A stretch of DNA of 62,540 nucleotides, counting the filler, from Thermodesulfobacteriota bacterium (GTDB taxonomy: Bacteria; DASVDK01): the NCBI GenBank assembly GCA_036381125.1. It is 4 parts of 4 records of this genome, joined end to end, with 100 filler letters (N's around TTAATTAATTAA, not from the genome) between each part and the next. Parts side by side here need not be neighbours in the genome. Positions count along the whole stretch, not along the records: positions 1 to 21,860 come from DASVDK010000221.1; 3 more parts are not named here. One strand, given 5' to 3'. This document shows positions 1-10,647 of the stretch, piece by piece; within the stretch, counting starts at the first letter, position 1, and each line of letters starts with the position of its first letter. The position numbers and the translations under genes are program-made. The notes beneath the pieces were generated by a model. That model was given only the letters and a program-made list of their open reading frames with translations. It did no database searches and was not told where the DNA came from.

Positions 1-1271
1 CGGAGCTGGTTCACGAGGTAGCGCCGATAGGACTCCGGCACCCCCTCGGGCGAGTTGGCGACGACGGCGAAGGCGGGCGGCCGCACGCCGAGCTGCGAGG
101 CGTAGTAGAACTTGAGCCGCCGGTTCTTGTAGAAGGGCGGCTCGTTCCGCTCGACGGCCGCCGCGAGGACCCGGTTGAGCTGGCCGGTCGGGATGCGCCG
201 CCTTTGGGCGTCGGCGGCCCGCTCCGCGGCGGCGAGGACGCGGTGCACGCCGTGGCCGGTGGCGGCCGAGCAGAAGACGACCGGCGCGAAGGCGAGGTGC
301 CGGAACCGCTCGCGCACGTGCGCCTCCGCCTCGCGGCGCGCCGTCCGCCCCCTGGGGAGGAGGTCCGCCTTGTTCACGACGATCACGACGCCTCGTCCGC
401 TCTGCTCGGCGTACGCGCCGATCTGCTGGTCCTGGTCGGTGACCCCTTCGGCCGCGTCGACGACCACCGCCGCCACGTCGCAGCGCTCGAGCGCCTTCAG
501 GGCGGCCACGACGCTCACCTTCTCGAGCTTCCCCTCCACCCGCGCGCGGCGCCGGATCCCGGCCGTGTCGACGAGGACGACCGGCCGCCCGTTCCACAGG
601 AGCCGGGTGTCGATCGGGTCGCGCGTCGTGCCCGGGACCTCGCTCACGATGACCCGCTCGTAGCCGAGGATCCGGTTGACGAGCGACGACTTGCCGACGT
701 TCGGGCGCCCGATGACGGCCAGGCGCAGCGCCGCCGCGTCGCCCTCCTCCGGCGCCTCCGCCTCCGCCGGCCCCTCCGGCGGCAGGCGCGCCACCACCGC
801 GTCGAGCAGCGTCTCGATCCCCAGGTCGTGCTCGGCCGAGATCGCCAGGAGCGTGTCGGCGCCGAGCGCCTGGAAGTCGGCCAGCGAGGGGTCGACGTCC
901 TTGCGGTCGGCCTTGTTGACGGCCACGACGACCGGCTTGCCGGAACGCCGCAGGAAGCCGTACACCTCGCGATCGGGCGCCGTCAGGCCGGCCGTGCCGT
1001 CGACGACGAGGATCACGACGTCGGCCTCGGCCACCGCCACCTCCGCCTGGGCGCGCATGAGCGCCGGGATCGGCTCCCGGGAGGCGGGGTCGAAGCCGCC
1101 GGTGTCGATGACCGAGACGCGACGCCCGGCCCACTCGGCCGCGCCGTAGATCCGGTCGCGCGTCACCCCCGGCGTGTCCTCGACGATGGCGCGCCGCCGT
1201 CCGGTGAGGCGGTTGAAGAGGGTCGACTTGCCGACGTTCGGACGCCCGACGATGGCGATGGTGTCACTCAT
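1..1271 (-). CDS. der: Ribosome biogenesis GTPase Der (EngA), runs off window start
   Basis: Not in ORF track; manual translation from ATG at 1271 gives MSDTIAIVGRPNVGKSTLFNRLTG..., DTGG and NKAD motifs, then a second G-domain (VIGRPNVGKSSLVNRILG, DTAGIRR, NKAD); overlaps era stop. Confidence 0.95.
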   Translation of the reverse strand, partial: MSDTIAIVGRPNVGKSTLFNRLTGRRRAIVEDTPGVTRDRIYGAAEWAGRRVSVIDTGGFDPASREPIPALMRAQAEVAVAEADVVILVVDGTAGLTAPDREVYGFLRRSGKPVVVAVNKADRKDVDPSLADFQALGADTLLAISAEHDLGIETLLDAVVARLPPEGPAEAEAPEEGDAAALRLAVIGRPNVGKSSLVNRILGYERVIVSEVPGTTRDPIDTRLLWNGRPVVLVDTAGIRRRARVEGKLEKVSVVAALKALERCDVAAVVVDAAEGVTDQDQQIGAYAEQSGRGVVIVVNKADLLPRGRTARREAEAHVRERFRHLAFAPVVFCSAATGHGVHRVLAAAERAADAQRRRIPTGQLNRVLAAAVERNEPPFYKNRRLKFYYASQLGVRPPAFAVVANSPEGVPESYRRYLVNQL

Positions 1272-2157
1272 AGCCGAAGTCCCGCAGCGAGCGGGGGTCG
1301 CGCGTCCAGTTGCGCTGCACCCGCACGAACAGCTCGAGGTAGACCTGGCAGCCGAGGAGCCGCTCGAGCCCGGCGCGCGCCGCCGTGCCGACCGACTTGA
1401 TGCGCTGACCCCGCTTGCCGATGACGATCCCCTTCTGCGACTCCCGCTCGACGTGCACGGTGGCCGAGATGCGCACGAAGACGCGCCGGCCCGTCTCGTC
1501 GAACTCCTCGTCCCAGGCGTCCACGACGACGGCGGTCGTGTAGGGCAGCTCCTGCTCGGTCTGGAGCATGAGCTGCTCGCGGATCAGCTCCGCGGCGAGC
1601 GCCCGCTCCGACTGGTCGGTGAGCATGTCGGGCGGGAAGTAGCGCGGCCCCTCGGGCAGCCGGTCGACGAGCACCTCCACCAGCCGGTCCACGTTCTCGC
1701 CGGTCAGGGCCGAGATCGGCACGACCGCGTCGACCTCGGCGCTCTTCGCGAGCTGATCGAGCAGCGGCAGGAGCGCCCCCTTGTCGGCGAGCTGGTCCAC
1801 CTTGTTGACGGCGAGCACCTTCGGCTTGCGGGTCGCCGCGAGCGCGTCGAGGACGAGGCGGTCGTCGGGGTGCATCCGCGTCGCCTCCACGAGCGCGAGG
1901 ACGACGTCGACGTCGCCCACGGCCGCCATGGCCGTGCGGACCATGAACTCGTTCAGCCGCCCCCGGGGCCGGTGGATGCCGGGCGTGTCGACGAGGATCA
2001 GCTGCGCGTCCTCGCGGTTGACGATGCCGAGCAGCCGCGTGCGCGTCGTCTGCGGCTTCGGCGTGACGATGGCCAGCTTCGTGCCGAGCACCTGGTTGAG
2101 CAGCGTCGACTTGCCGACGTTCGGGCGCCCGACGATGGCGACGAAGCCCGACTTCAT
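1264..2157 (-). CDS. era: GTPase Era
   Basis: MKSGFVAIVGRPNVGKSTLLN, DTPG, NKVD, KH domain VIGKRGQRIK; true start inside ORF 1264..3051. Confidence 0.97.
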   Translation of the reverse strand: MKSGFVAIVGRPNVGKSTLLNQVLGTKLAIVTPKPQTTRTRLLGIVNREDAQLILVDTPGIHRPRGRLNEFMVRTAMAAVGDVDVVLALVEATRMHPDDRLVLDALAATRKPKVLAVNKVDQLADKGALLPLLDQLAKSAEVDAVVPISALTGENVDRLVEVLVDRLPEGPRYFPPDMLTDQSERALAAELIREQLMLQTEQELPYTTAVVVDAWDEEFDETGRRVFVRISATVHVERESQKGIVIGKRGQRIKSVGTAARAGLERLLGCQVYLELFVRVQRNWTRDPRSLRDFGYE

Positions 2158-2894
2158 CGCCCGGGTCCCGGCCGGTCCGGCGGCGCGTCGTCGCGAGGGG
2201 GGTCGGCCAGGGCGGCGAGCGCCGCCGCCGCTGCCTGCTGCTCGGCCTCCTTCTTGGTGCTGCCACGGCCGCGGCCGAGGACCTCGCCGCCGATGGCAAC
2301 CTCGACGTCGAAGACGCGCGCGTGGTCGGGACCCGAGGCCGCCGCCAGGGTGTAGACCGGTGCCGGCCCGCCCCGCTGGTGCTGCAGCTCCTGGAGGCGG
2401 GTCTTGTGGTCGGCGTCGATCCGCCCCGCGAGCGCGTCCTCGAGCGCCCCCGCGAGGTGGGCCTCGACGAGCGCCGACGCCGCGTCCCATCCGCCGTCCA
2501 GGAACACGGCCCCGACGAGCGCCTCGAACGTGTCGGCGAGGATGGAGGGCTTGTCGCGGCCGCCGCTGCGCTCCTCGCCCCGGCCGAGCCGCAGCGCCTC
2601 CCCGACCCCGAGGGCGCGAGCCGCCGCCGCGAGGCTCCGCTCGTTCACGACCGCCGCGCGGAGCGTGGAGAGCCGCCCCTCCGGGGCGTCGGGCAGCCGG
2701 ACGATCAGCATCCGCGAGACCGCGAGGTCCACGACCGCGTCGCCCAGGAACTCGAGCCGCTCGTTGTCCGCCGTCGGCTCGCCCCGCGCCGCCCGCTCCT
2801 CGGCGTAGGAGCGATGCGTCAGCGCCGTCTCGAGGAGCGCCGCGCGGGCGAACGCGTGGCCGAGCCGCTCGCCGAGCGTCGCCGGTCGGCTCAT
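2154..2894 (-). CDS. rnc: Ribonuclease III
   Basis: ALTHRSY, NERLEFLGDAVV signature, C-terminal dsRBD (KTRLQE...SGPDHARVF...KKEAEQQAA). Confidence 0.97.
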   Translation of the reverse strand: MSRPATLGERLGHAFARAALLETALTHRSYAEERAARGEPTADNERLEFLGDAVVDLAVSRMLIVRLPDAPEGRLSTLRAAVVNERSLAAAARALGVGEALRLGRGEERSGGRDKPSILADTFEALVGAVFLDGGWDAASALVEAHLAGALEDALAGRIDADHKTRLQELQHQRGGPAPVYTLAAASGPDHARVFDVEVAIGGEVLGRGRGSTKKEAEQQAAAAALAALADPPRDDAPPDRPGPGR

Positions 2895-4174
2895 TCGAGC
2901 GCCCGGGCGAGCACCGCCTCGCCGAGGTCGGCCGTGACCTCGGCCCTGACGAGGCGGCCGGCCGGCGGGGCGGGCCGGCCGTCGAAGCGGACCTTGAGGT
3001 ACTCGCGCGACCGCCCCTCCCCTCCCGCCTCGACCAGGACCTCCACCACACGGCCGATCGCCCGCCGGTGCCACGCCGCCCGCCGGCCGGCCGCCACCTC
3101 GCGCAGGCGCGCGGCGCGGCGTCGCACCTCGTCCGGCCGAAGCGCCCGGCCCTGCCGGGCCGCCGGCGTGCCGCGCCGCGCGGAGTACGGGAAAACGTGC
3201 AGGTAGCCGAACGGGAGCGACTCGACCAGTGACACCGTGGCCGCCGCCGCCTCGGGCGTCTCGCCCGGAAAGCCGGCGATCAGGTCGGCGCCGAGGCCCA
3301 CGTCGGGGACCCGCTCGACGAGGCGCCCGACCGCCCGCTCGACGTCGGCGCGCCGGTAGGGCCGCCGCATGCGGGCCAGCACGCCGTCGTCACCACTCTG
3401 GAGCGACAGGTGCACGTGCGGCACGAGGGCGGGGGCCGTCGCGAAGAGGCGCACGAGGTCGTCGGTGAGGTGACTCGGGAAGAGCGACGAGAGCCGAAGC
3501 CGCGGGACGACGTCGGCCTCCAGAAGGGCACGCACGAGGGAGACGAGGTCCGTGCCGGGGGCGAGGCCGCGGCCGTAGTCGCCGAGGTGGATCCCGGTGA
3601 CCGTGACCTCCCGGTACCCCTCGAGGGCGAGCGCGCGAAGGCGCGCCACGGCGGCGGCGATCGGCAGGCTCCGGCTGCGGCCCCGCGCGAACGGGACGAT
3701 GCAGAAGCTGCAGAAGGCGTCGCACCCGTCCTGGACCTTGAGGAACGCGCGGGTGCGCCCGTCGGCCGGCCCGTGGGCGAGCGGCTCGTCGTCGAGCCGG
3801 CGCGGCAGGGACGGCGCGAGGACGGTGACGCGGGACGGGCGGCCGAGGGCGATGAGCTCGGGGATGCGCCGGGCGGCGCCGTGCCCGACCACGTAGTGGA
3901 CGCCGGGCAGCGCCGCCGCCTGCGGCGACACCTGCGCATAGCAGCCGGTCACCAGGACGAGGGCGCCCGGCGCGGCCGCGACCGCGCGCCGGATGGCGCG
4001 GCGACTGTCGGCGTCGGCGCCGCTCGTGACGGTGCAGGTGTTGACGACGACCGCGTCGGCCGGCCCCGGGAAGGGGACGACCGTGAAGCCCTGGGCCGCG
4101 AGAAGGCGGGCGAGCGCCGAGCTCCCCTCCTGGTTGGTGCGGCAGCCGAGCGTCGTGATGGCGACCTGCGTCAC
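2891..4174 (-). CDS. mtaB: tRNA t6A37 methylthiotransferase (radical SAM, MtaB)
   Basis: [33 protein letters not shown] CxxxCxxC motif, [14 protein letters not shown] start overlapping mnmA stop. Confidence 0.9.
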   Translation of the reverse strand: MTQVAITTLGCRTNQEGSSALARLLAAQGFTVVPFPGPADAVVVNTCTVTSGADADSRRAIRRAVAAAPGALVLVTGCYAQVSPQAAALPGVHYVVGHGAARRIPELIALGRPSRVTVLAPSLPRRLDDEPLAHGPADGRTRAFLKVQDGCDAFCSFCIVPFARGRSRSLPIAAAVARLRALALEGYREVTVTGIHLGDYGRGLAPGTDLVSLVRALLEADVVPRLRLSSLFPSHLTDDLVRLFATAPALVPHVHLSLQSGDDGVLARMRRPYRRADVERAVGRLVERVPDVGLGADLIAGFPGETPEAAAATVSLVESLPFGYLHVFPYSARRGTPAARQGRALRPDEVRRRAARLREVAAGRRAAWHRRAIGRVVEVLVEAGGEGRSREYLKVRFDGRPAPPAGRLVRAEVTADLGEAVLARALE

Positions 4175-5253
4175 CGCGCCGCCGCCCGGATCACGCCGCC
4201 CCCGAGGACGACGTCCCCGTCGTAGAACACGCCGGCCTGGCCGGGCGCGACGCCGGCCTGGGGCTCGTCGAAGCGGACGACGGCGCCCCCCTCGGGCGTC
4301 GGCGTGACGAGGGCGGTCGCTCCCGGGTGCCGCGCGCGGATCTTGACGACGGCACGCAGCGGGCCGGCCGGCGGCTCGCCGGAGACCCAGTGCGCCGGCG
4401 CGACCTCGCACCCGGCGCAGAGGAGCGCCGGCCGCGGGCCGACCGTTACGCGGGCCGCGGCCGCGTCGAGGGCGACCACGTACCGCGGCGTGCCGGGCGG
4501 GCCGGCAAGCGGCCCGAGGCCCCGGCGCTGGCCGACCGTGAAGCGGTGCACCCCCGTGTGGCGGCCGACCTCGCGCCCCTCGAGGTCGACCACCGCGCCC
4601 GGTCGCGGCGCCTCGGCGCCGGCGGCGCGCTCGACGAAGGCGGCGTGGTCGCCGTCGGGGACGAAGCAGATCTCCTGGCTGTCCGGCTTGTGGGCCACCG
4701 GCAGGCCGAGCCGCGCCGCCTCGGCGCGCACCTCGGCCTTGGTCATGTCGCCGAGCGGGAAGCGGGCGTGGCGCAGGGCGTCCTGGCCGAGCGGGTAGAG
4801 GTAGTACGACTGGTCCCTGGCCGGGTCCCGCCCCCTGAGCAGCCGGTACGGGCCGTTGCCGTCGACCCGCGCGTAGTGCCCCGTGGCGAGCGCCGTGGCG
4901 CCGAGGCCGCGGGCGAGGGCCAGCATCCGGTCGAACTTGAGGTGGCTGTTGCACGCGACGCAGGGGATCGGCGTGCGGCCGGCCAGGTACTCGCGGACGA
5001 AGGGGACGACGACCGCCTCGCGAAACGCCTCCTCGTAGTTCAGGACGTAATGGCGGAAGCCGAGGTGGTCGGCCACGCGGCGGGCGTCGCCGAGGTCGTC
5101 GGCGGAGCAGCAGCGGGAGGTCTCGCCCGACGGCGTGTAGAGGCGCATCGAGAGCCCGATCACCTCGTGCCCCTCGGCGACGAGGCGAGCGGCCGCGACC
5201 GAGGAGTCGACGCCGCCGCTCATGGCGACCGCGATGCGCGCGCGCGTGGCCAT
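4171..5253 (-). CDS. mnmA: tRNA 2-thiouridine(34) synthase MnmA
   Basis: [14 protein letters not shown]-loop, [33 protein letters not shown]. Confidence 0.97.
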   Translation of the reverse strand: MATRARIAVAMSGGVDSSVAAARLVAEGHEVIGLSMRLYTPSGETSRCCSADDLGDARRVADHLGFRHYVLNYEEAFREAVVVPFVREYLAGRTPIPCVACNSHLKFDRMLALARGLGATALATGHYARVDGNGPYRLLRGRDPARDQSYYLYPLGQDALRHARFPLGDMTKAEVRAEAARLGLPVAHKPDSQEICFVPDGDHAAFVERAAGAEAPRPGAVVDLEGREVGRHTGVHRFTVGQRRGLGPLAGPPGTPRYVVALDAAAARVTVGPRPALLCAGCEVAPAHWVSGEPPAGPLRAVVKIRARHPGATALVTPTPEGGAVVRFDEPQAGVAPGQAGVFYDGDVVLGGGVIRAAAR

Positions 5254-5275
5254 CGGCGCCCCCGTTGCGGCCCGC

Positions 5276-6433
5276 CTACGCGGCGCCGGCCGGGGCGAGA
5301 GCGCGCAGCCGCTCGACGATCGCCGGCAGGACCTGCGCCACGTAGTCCACGTCCTCGTCCGTCGTGCCGTAGCCCAGGCTGAGCCGGACGCTTCCCTGCG
5401 CCGCCTCGCGCGTGAGCCCCATGGCGAGGAGGACGTGCGAGGGGTCGATCGATCCCGCCGCGCAGGCCGACCCGGACGACGCCGCGACGCCCTCGAGGTC
5501 GAGGGCGAGCAGGACCCCCTCCCCGTCCACCCCGTGGAAGGTGCAGTTCAGCGTGTTCGGCAGCCGCGGCGACCCGGCGCCGTTCACCTCCGACCGCGGG
5601 ACCATCTCGAGGAGCCGGGCCTCGAGGCGGTCGCGCAGCGCCGCCACGCGCGCCGGCGCCCCCTCGGCGAGGCGGCGGGCCGCGAGCTCCGCCGCGGCGC
5701 CGAGGCCCACGATGCCGGGCACGTTCTCCGTGCCGCCCCGGCGCCCCCCCTCCTGGCTGCCACCGGTCTGCTGGGCGGGAAGGCGAACGCCGCGGCGCAC
5801 GATCAACGCGCCGATCCCCTTCGGGCCGTTGAGCTTGTGACCGGACAGCGACAGGAGGTCGATGCCGATCGTCCGCATGTCGACCGGCACCTTCCCGACC
5901 GCCTGGGTGGCGTCGCAGTGGAACAGGACCCCGCGCGCCCGGCAGATGCGCGCCACCTCCGCCACCGGGAAGAGCACGCCGGTCTCGTTGTTGGCGAGCA
6001 TCACCGAGACGACGCGCGTGTCGTCGGTGATGGCCGCCTCGAGCGCCCCGAGGTCGAGGGCGCCCGTGCGGTCGACGCCGAGCCGGGTCACCCGGTGGCC
6101 CCGCCGCTCGAGGGCGTCGCACGTCGCCAGGACGGCGGAGTGCTCGACCGCGGTGGTGACGATGTGGCAGCCCGGCTCGCGCTCCGCGATGCCGCGCAGC
6201 GCAAGGTTGTCGCTCTCGGTGGCTCCGCTGGTGAAGATCACCTCGACCGGATCGGCCCCGACGAGCGCCGCGACCGCCTCACGGGCGCGGTTCACCGCCT
6301 GCCGCGCGGGACGCCCGGCGAAGTGGTGGCTCGAGGCGTTGCCGAAGGCCTCGCCGAAGAACGGCAGCATGGCCGCAACGACCGAGGGGTCGACCGGCGT
6401 GGTGGCGTTGTGATCGAGGTACACAGCCCGCAT
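5276..6433 (-). CDS. iscS: Cysteine desulfurase (IscS/NifS family)
   Basis: [39 protein letters not shown] (PLP Lys), SSGSAC. Confidence 0.93.
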   Translation of the reverse strand: MRAVYLDHNATTPVDPSVVAAMLPFFGEAFGNASSHHFAGRPARQAVNRAREAVAALVGADPVEVIFTSGATESDNLALRGIAEREPGCHIVTTAVEHSAVLATCDALERRGHRVTRLGVDRTGALDLGALEAAITDDTRVVSVMLANNETGVLFPVAEVARICRARGVLFHCDATQAVGKVPVDMRTIGIDLLSLSGHKLNGPKGIGALIVRRGVRLPAQQTGGSQEGGRRGGTENVPGIVGLGAAAELAARRLAEGAPARVAALRDRLEARLLEMVPRSEVNGAGSPRLPNTLNCTFHGVDGEGVLLALDLEGVAASSGSACAAGSIDPSHVLLAMGLTREAAQGSVRLSLGYGTTDEDVDYVAQVLPAIVERLRALAPAGAA

Positions 6434-6466
6434 AATGCGGGCAGGTTAGCACGGGGCCCGAAAAAT

Positions 6467-6850
6467 TCAACGAAGCCGGGCAGATGCGCGTGCGATCGCC
6501 TCGACCTCGGCCACGTCGAAGGGCTTGCGCACGACCGCCGCCGCGCCGAGGGCGCGGCTCTCGCGAAGAATCCCTTCGTCCACCGCCGCCGTGACCATGA
6601 CCACGGGAACCCCGCGGCTCCTGGCGCCGAGGCGGCGCAGGAAGTCGAGCCCGCTCTCGCCCTGGAGCCGGATGTCGAGGAAGACCAGGCTCGGCGCGGT
6701 GCTCTCGAAGAGGCGCAGCGCGGCATCGACGTTCGCGGCGTGCCGGAGATCGAACTCGTCGCCGAGGAGGACGTCGAGCGCCTCCCGGACGCCGCGGTCG
6801 TCCTCGACGATCAGAATGGGGCCCCGCTGCGGGGCGACTGCGGTCACCAT
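6467..6850 (-). CDS. Single-domain response regulator (CheY-like receiver)
   Basis: ILIVEDD...VFLDIRLQGESG...VMVTA...KPF; no output domain; ATG 6850 lies just downstream of a sigma54 promoter. Confidence 0.88.
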   Translation of the reverse strand: MVTAVAPQRGPILIVEDDRGVREALDVLLGDEFDLRHAANVDAALRLFESTAPSLVFLDIRLQGESGLDFLRRLGARSRGVPVVMVTAAVDEGILRESRALGAAAVVRKPFDVAEVEAIARASARLR

Positions 6851-6863
6851 GAGGCCGCGGCTG

Positions 6864-6879
6864 AGCAAGAAGGGTGCCC
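6864..6879 (-). promoter_or_regulatory. sigma54 (-24/-12) promoter of the single-domain receiver gene
   Basis: Minus strand GGGCACCCTTCTTGCT matches GGCAC-N5-TTGCW; nearly identical to the element at 10866-10881. Confidence 0.75.
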
Positions 6880-7018
6880 TCGGGCCCGACCCGGGGAAGT
6901 CCCCGAAGTTCCACGGTCGAGGCTGCAACGTCCGTTACCCGCTGCCTTGCGCCCGGTGCAGCGCGGCGTGCCGACTGCACAGCGCGGTGGGCACCGCCGC
7001 CGGACGCCGCCCGAACCG

Positions 7019-8881
7019 TCAGCTCGCCGCGGCAACCGGCAGCGTGATCACGAACAGAGTTCCCGCGCCGACCGTGCTCTGGACCGTGATGAGCCCGCCG
7101 TGCTCCTCGACGATCTTGTGCGTCAGCGCGAGCCCGAGACCGGTCCCTTTGGCCTTGGTCGTGAAGAAGGGGTTGAAGAGCTGGCTCACCGTCTGTGCGT
7201 CCATCCCGGCGCCCGTATCGGCGACGCGCACCTCGATCGCCCTGGCGCCCGACGGCAGGCGGGTGGCGGCCGGACCGGTGGCGACGACGACCCGCCCGCC
7301 GGAGGGCATCGCCTCGATCGCGTTCACGACGAGGTTCGAGAACGCCCGCAGGAGATACTCCGCGTCGGCCCGCGCGGCGGGCAGTGCCGGGTCGAGCCTG
7401 GGGTCGCACTCGATGCCGCGCTCTTCCATCTGTCGGCCGTAGAGGTCGAGCACGCGCCGGATGAGCCCGTTCACGTCGGTCGCCGCGAAGCTCATCCGCG
7501 GCGCGCGCGCCAGCTCGAGGAGGTTCTCGACGATGCCGTTCACCCGGTCCAGCTCGCGTGGGACCGTCACGTTGAACTTGTCGCGAAACGCCACGTTGTC
7601 GAACTTCCGGGGGATGAGCTGCACGAAGGTCTTGATGGCGGCGAGCGGGTTCTTGATCTCGTGGGCGAGCCCGGCCGACATGGTGCCGAGCGCGGCCAGC
7701 CGGTCGGCCCGGCGCATTCGCGCCTCGAGCGCCTTGATCTCGGTGAGGTCGCGGAAGAGGACGAGCAGCCCCAGCCTCGCCCCCTGCGGATCGCGCAGCG
7801 GGGCCGTCGAGACCCCGAGCGGCAGCGTCCCGCCGGGCGCCTGGTACTCCACCTCGGCGTGACCGACCACCTCGTCGCCCTCGAGCCCCCGGCGGATGAG
7901 CTGCTCGAGCGGGGCGCCGGCCGGCACGATGCTCTCGAGCGGCGGCCGGTCGGCCACGCGCTCGGCCGGGATCCCGAGGAGCGTGGCGCCGACACGGTTG
8001 ATGGTGACGACGCGGCCGTCGAGGTCGACGGTGAGGAGCCCCTCGTCCATCGACCGGAGGATGTCCTCCTGGTAGCGCCGCAGCGCGTCGACGAGCGCGA
8101 GGTTCTGGACGAGCGCCTCCTGCTTCGCCGCCAGCTCGGCGCTCATGTGGTTGAACGCCGTGGCCAGCGCCTCGAGCTCGTCGCCGGTGCGGATGTCGAG
8201 CTGGAGCCCCACCTCCCCCTTCGCGAGCCGCCGCGCCCCGGCGGCCAGCTCGGCGACCGGCCGCGTGATGCGGCCGACGAGGACCTGCGCGTAGGCGAGC
8301 CCCCCGAGGAGCGCGATCAGGCCGATGGCGACGAGCGCCCCCCAGGTGCGGCGCACCTCCACCTCGAGCGGCTCGAGCGAGAGGCCGATCCGTACGGTTC
8401 CCCACCGCTCCTCCGATTCCGCGAAGCGGACCGGCACCGCCACGTCGAGGACCCGCTCCTCGACGCCGGTGTCGGGCGAGCGCCACCTGGTCGTCTGCAC
8501 CAGGACGTCGTTCGCGGCGTCGACCGCGCGGCTGACCGGGTCGTCCAGGCGGGTGCCCTGCAGGTGGTCCTGGCCGCTGTAGGCGGCGACGATGTGCTCC
8601 TTGTCGAGGAAGATGACGTACCGGACGTCGGCCTCGCGGGCCGCCTTCTCGGCGTACTGCTCGAGGGCGATGTAGTTGTAGGTACGCAGGGCGGTGTCCG
8701 CCGTCGCCGCGAGGTTGTTCGCGACGGCGCGCGCACGCTTCTCGGCCTCCGTGCGGATCAGGCGCGTCTCGCGCCAGGCGACGAAGGCGACGACCGCCAG
8801 CGTGAGGCCCGCGACGAGGACCAGGAGCGAGAGGAAGACCCGGCGCGCGAGACCGGCCGGCTCCCCCGCGGTGCTCAGCAT
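7019..8881 (-). CDS. Sensor histidine kinase (TM-periplasmic sensor-TM-HAMP-PAS-HisKA-HATPase)
   Basis: Two TM segments, HAMP (ITRPVAEL...DELEALATAFNHM), PAS, H-box LAHEIKNPL, N/G boxes NLVVNAIEA, DTGAGM, FFTTKAKGTGLGL. Confidence 0.95.
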   Translation of the reverse strand: MLSTAGEPAGLARRVFLSLLVLVAGLTLAVVAFVAWRETRLIRTEAEKRARAVANNLAATADTALRTYNYIALEQYAEKAAREADVRYVIFLDKEHIVAAYSGQDHLQGTRLDDPVSRAVDAANDVLVQTTRWRSPDTGVEERVLDVAVPVRFAESEERWGTVRIGLSLEPLEVEVRRTWGALVAIGLIALLGGLAYAQVLVGRITRPVAELAAGARRLAKGEVGLQLDIRTGDELEALATAFNHMSAELAAKQEALVQNLALVDALRRYQEDILRSMDEGLLTVDLDGRVVTINRVGATLLGIPAERVADRPPLESIVPAGAPLEQLIRRGLEGDEVVGHAEVEYQAPGGTLPLGVSTAPLRDPQGARLGLLVLFRDLTEIKALEARMRRADRLAALGTMSAGLAHEIKNPLAAIKTFVQLIPRKFDNVAFRDKFNVTVPRELDRVNGIVENLLELARAPRMSFAATDVNGLIRRVLDLYGRQMEERGIECDPRLDPALPAARADAEYLLRAFSNLVVNAIEAMPSGGRVVVATGPAATRLPSGARAIEVRVADTGAGMDAQTVSQLFNPFFTTKAKGTGLGLALTHKIVEEHGGLITVQSTVGAGTLFVITLPVAAAS

Positions 8882-8889
8882 CGCCTCGG

Positions 8890-8919
8890 AGTCTATCGGT
8901 CGGCGCGAGGCCAGGTCAA
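8890..8919 (-). promoter_or_regulatory. Putative sigma70 promoter, 8 nt before the kinase ATG (probably leaderless)
   Basis: TTGACC-N18-TAGACT-ccgaggcg-ATG; no SD sequence. Confidence 0.5.
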
Positions 8920-10502
8920 GGCCGGTCGAGCCAGACCTTCCGCATCGGCACGTACGGGGCTCCCAGGGCGCTCACCTCGACCCCCCTGACCGACGGCTGG
9001 TAGGCCTGCTCGTACCAGATGTGGAGAATCGGGATGATCGGCACGTCCTCGAGCACCTGCGCCTCGACGCGGCGGTAGATCTCCGCACGGCGCACCGGGT
9101 TCAGCTCGCGCCGGCCCTCGTCGAGGAGCGCGTCGACCTGCGGGTTCGAATAGTGCCAGTAGTTGTACCGGGACTGCGAATGAAAGAGGATGCCGAGGAT
9201 GTTGTCGGGATCCGGCAGGTCGGCGAACCAGGCGTAGCGGAAGAGCGACATGCGGCCCTCGGTGAGGAACCGCTGGAACTGCGGCCAGTCGTCGGCGAAC
9301 CTCGGCTCGGCGGCGAGCCCCAGGGCGTGCGCGGCATCCGCGATCCCGTCGAACTCCGCCCGCTGTGCCTCGGAGCGGACGGCGGACCACATCTCGAAGC
9401 CGCGCACGGCCTCCGGCCCCCCCGCCTCCCCGAGGAGCGCCGCGGCCCGCGCGCGATCGACCCGCGGCACGTCGCGCGCCGGGTTGTAGCCGAGCACGCC
9501 GGGCGGCAGGATCCCCGCGGCGGGCCGGTGCTTGCCCTTCGTCCCCGCCTCGACGACCGCCGCCCGATCGAACGCGAGCAGGAGCGCCATGCGCACCCGC
9601 GGGTCCCTCCACTCCGGCCTGGAGAGGTTGAACCCGTAGAACTGCAGGGCGAGCGTCGGCCGCCGGACGACCGGGAACGTCCCCGACGCGAGCGCCTCGT
9701 CCCGCAGCTCGCTCGGGATGGGCGACTCGTCGAAGTCGCCCTTCCGGAACGCGCGGTAGATGTCCGCGTCGGTGGCCGTCGGCATGATCGCGTAGCGGAT
9801 CCGATCGAGATAGGGCCGGCCCCGGAAGTGGGCGGGGTTGGCTTCGAGGACGATCGCCTTGCCCTCGTCCCACCTGACGATCCTGAAGGGCCCCGTGCCG
9901 ACCGGCGCCCGCTCGAAGGGGACATCCTTCGACTCGACCGCCTCGCGGGGGACGATCTTGGCCTTGTTCGTGGCGAGCAGCGACAGGAACGGGGCGTAGG
10001 GCTCCTCGAGCGTGACCTCGACCCGATTCGGGGTCACGGCCCGCACACCGCGAAGCGTCTCGGTCCTGCCCTGCCGTACGTCCCTGGCGCCGACGATGAG
10101 ATCGAACGTCTCCCCGGCGGTCGACCGCGTCTCGGGCTTGAAGAGGCGCGTCAGCGAGTAGACGACGTCGTCGGCCGTGACGGCGCGGCCCGAGTGGAAG
10201 CGGACGTCCCGCCTGAGGTCGAAGGTGTAGACGCGACCGTCACGCGACACCCGCCAGGAGCGGGCAATGGCCGGGATGATGTTCAGATCGCGGTCGAAGT
10301 CGACCAGCCCGTCGAAGATCTGCTGGATGACGGTCACCGCGTAGTAGTCGGTCGACCGCGCGGGGTCGAGCGTCCGCGGGGAGTAGCGGAGCGGGAACCT
10401 GTAGGTTCCGCCGATTCTGGGCGTAGGATCACCCGCATGGCCGGACGGCGCCCCGACGTGGAGCAGGAGTGCCGTGAGGGCAAGCGCGAGCAACCGCAGC
10501 AT
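8916..10502 (-). CDS. Family-5 (OppA/DppA-like) extracellular solute-binding protein, orphan
   Basis: Signal peptide; TLDPA...QIFDGLV...PAIARSW...YTFDLRRDVRFHSG...TADDVVYS; PVGTGPF; W..DLPDPDN; no permease or ATPase genes adjacent. Confidence 0.93.
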   Translation of the reverse strand: MLRLLALALTALLLHVGAPSGHAGDPTPRIGGTYRFPLRYSPRTLDPARSTDYYAVTVIQQIFDGLVDFDRDLNIIPAIARSWRVSRDGRVYTFDLRRDVRFHSGRAVTADDVVYSLTRLFKPETRSTAGETFDLIVGARDVRQGRTETLRGVRAVTPNRVEVTLEEPYAPFLSLLATNKAKIVPREAVESKDVPFERAPVGTGPFRIVRWDEGKAIVLEANPAHFRGRPYLDRIRYAIMPTATDADIYRAFRKGDFDESPIPSELRDEALASGTFPVVRRPTLALQFYGFNLSRPEWRDPRVRMALLLAFDRAAVVEAGTKGKHRPAAGILPPGVLGYNPARDVPRVDRARAAALLGEAGGPEAVRGFEMWSAVRSEAQRAEFDGIADAAHALGLAAEPRFADDWPQFQRFLTEGRMSLFRYAWFADLPDPDNILGILFHSQSRYNYWHYSNPQVDALLDEGRRELNPVRRAEIYRRVEAQVLEDVPIIPILHIWYEQAYQPSVRGVEVSALGAPYVPMRKVWLDRP

Positions 10503-10578
10503 CGAGATGGCCTCGCTCCCGGTCGGGGGACCCGACCCGTGCGATGGCCGCGCGGGTCGGTTCCCCAGGAGGGCCGCG

Positions 10579-10608
10579 ACGTTACCCGCGTCACGCTCGG
10601 GGTGTCAA
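10579..10608 (-). promoter_or_regulatory. Putative sigma70 promoter for the solute-binding protein gene
   Basis: TTGACA-N18-TAACGT, immediately after the upstream terminator. Confidence 0.6.
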
Positions 10609-10612
10609 GGGC

Positions 10613-10647
10613 AAAAAAAATGACGGCCCCGGGAGAGTGACCGTCAT
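10613..10647 (-). terminator. Rho-independent terminator of the small peptide gene
   Basis: Minus strand ATGACGG...CCGTCAT stem followed by a run of T. Confidence 0.8.

Noticed and set aside
5222-8989. Very long antisense or alternate-frame ORFs (e.g. 5222..8989, 26754..30662, 33628..37662, 48277..52536)
   Set aside because: Shadow ORFs caused by high GC and scarce stop codons; only sub-portions (Tat hydrolase, dusB) are real genes.
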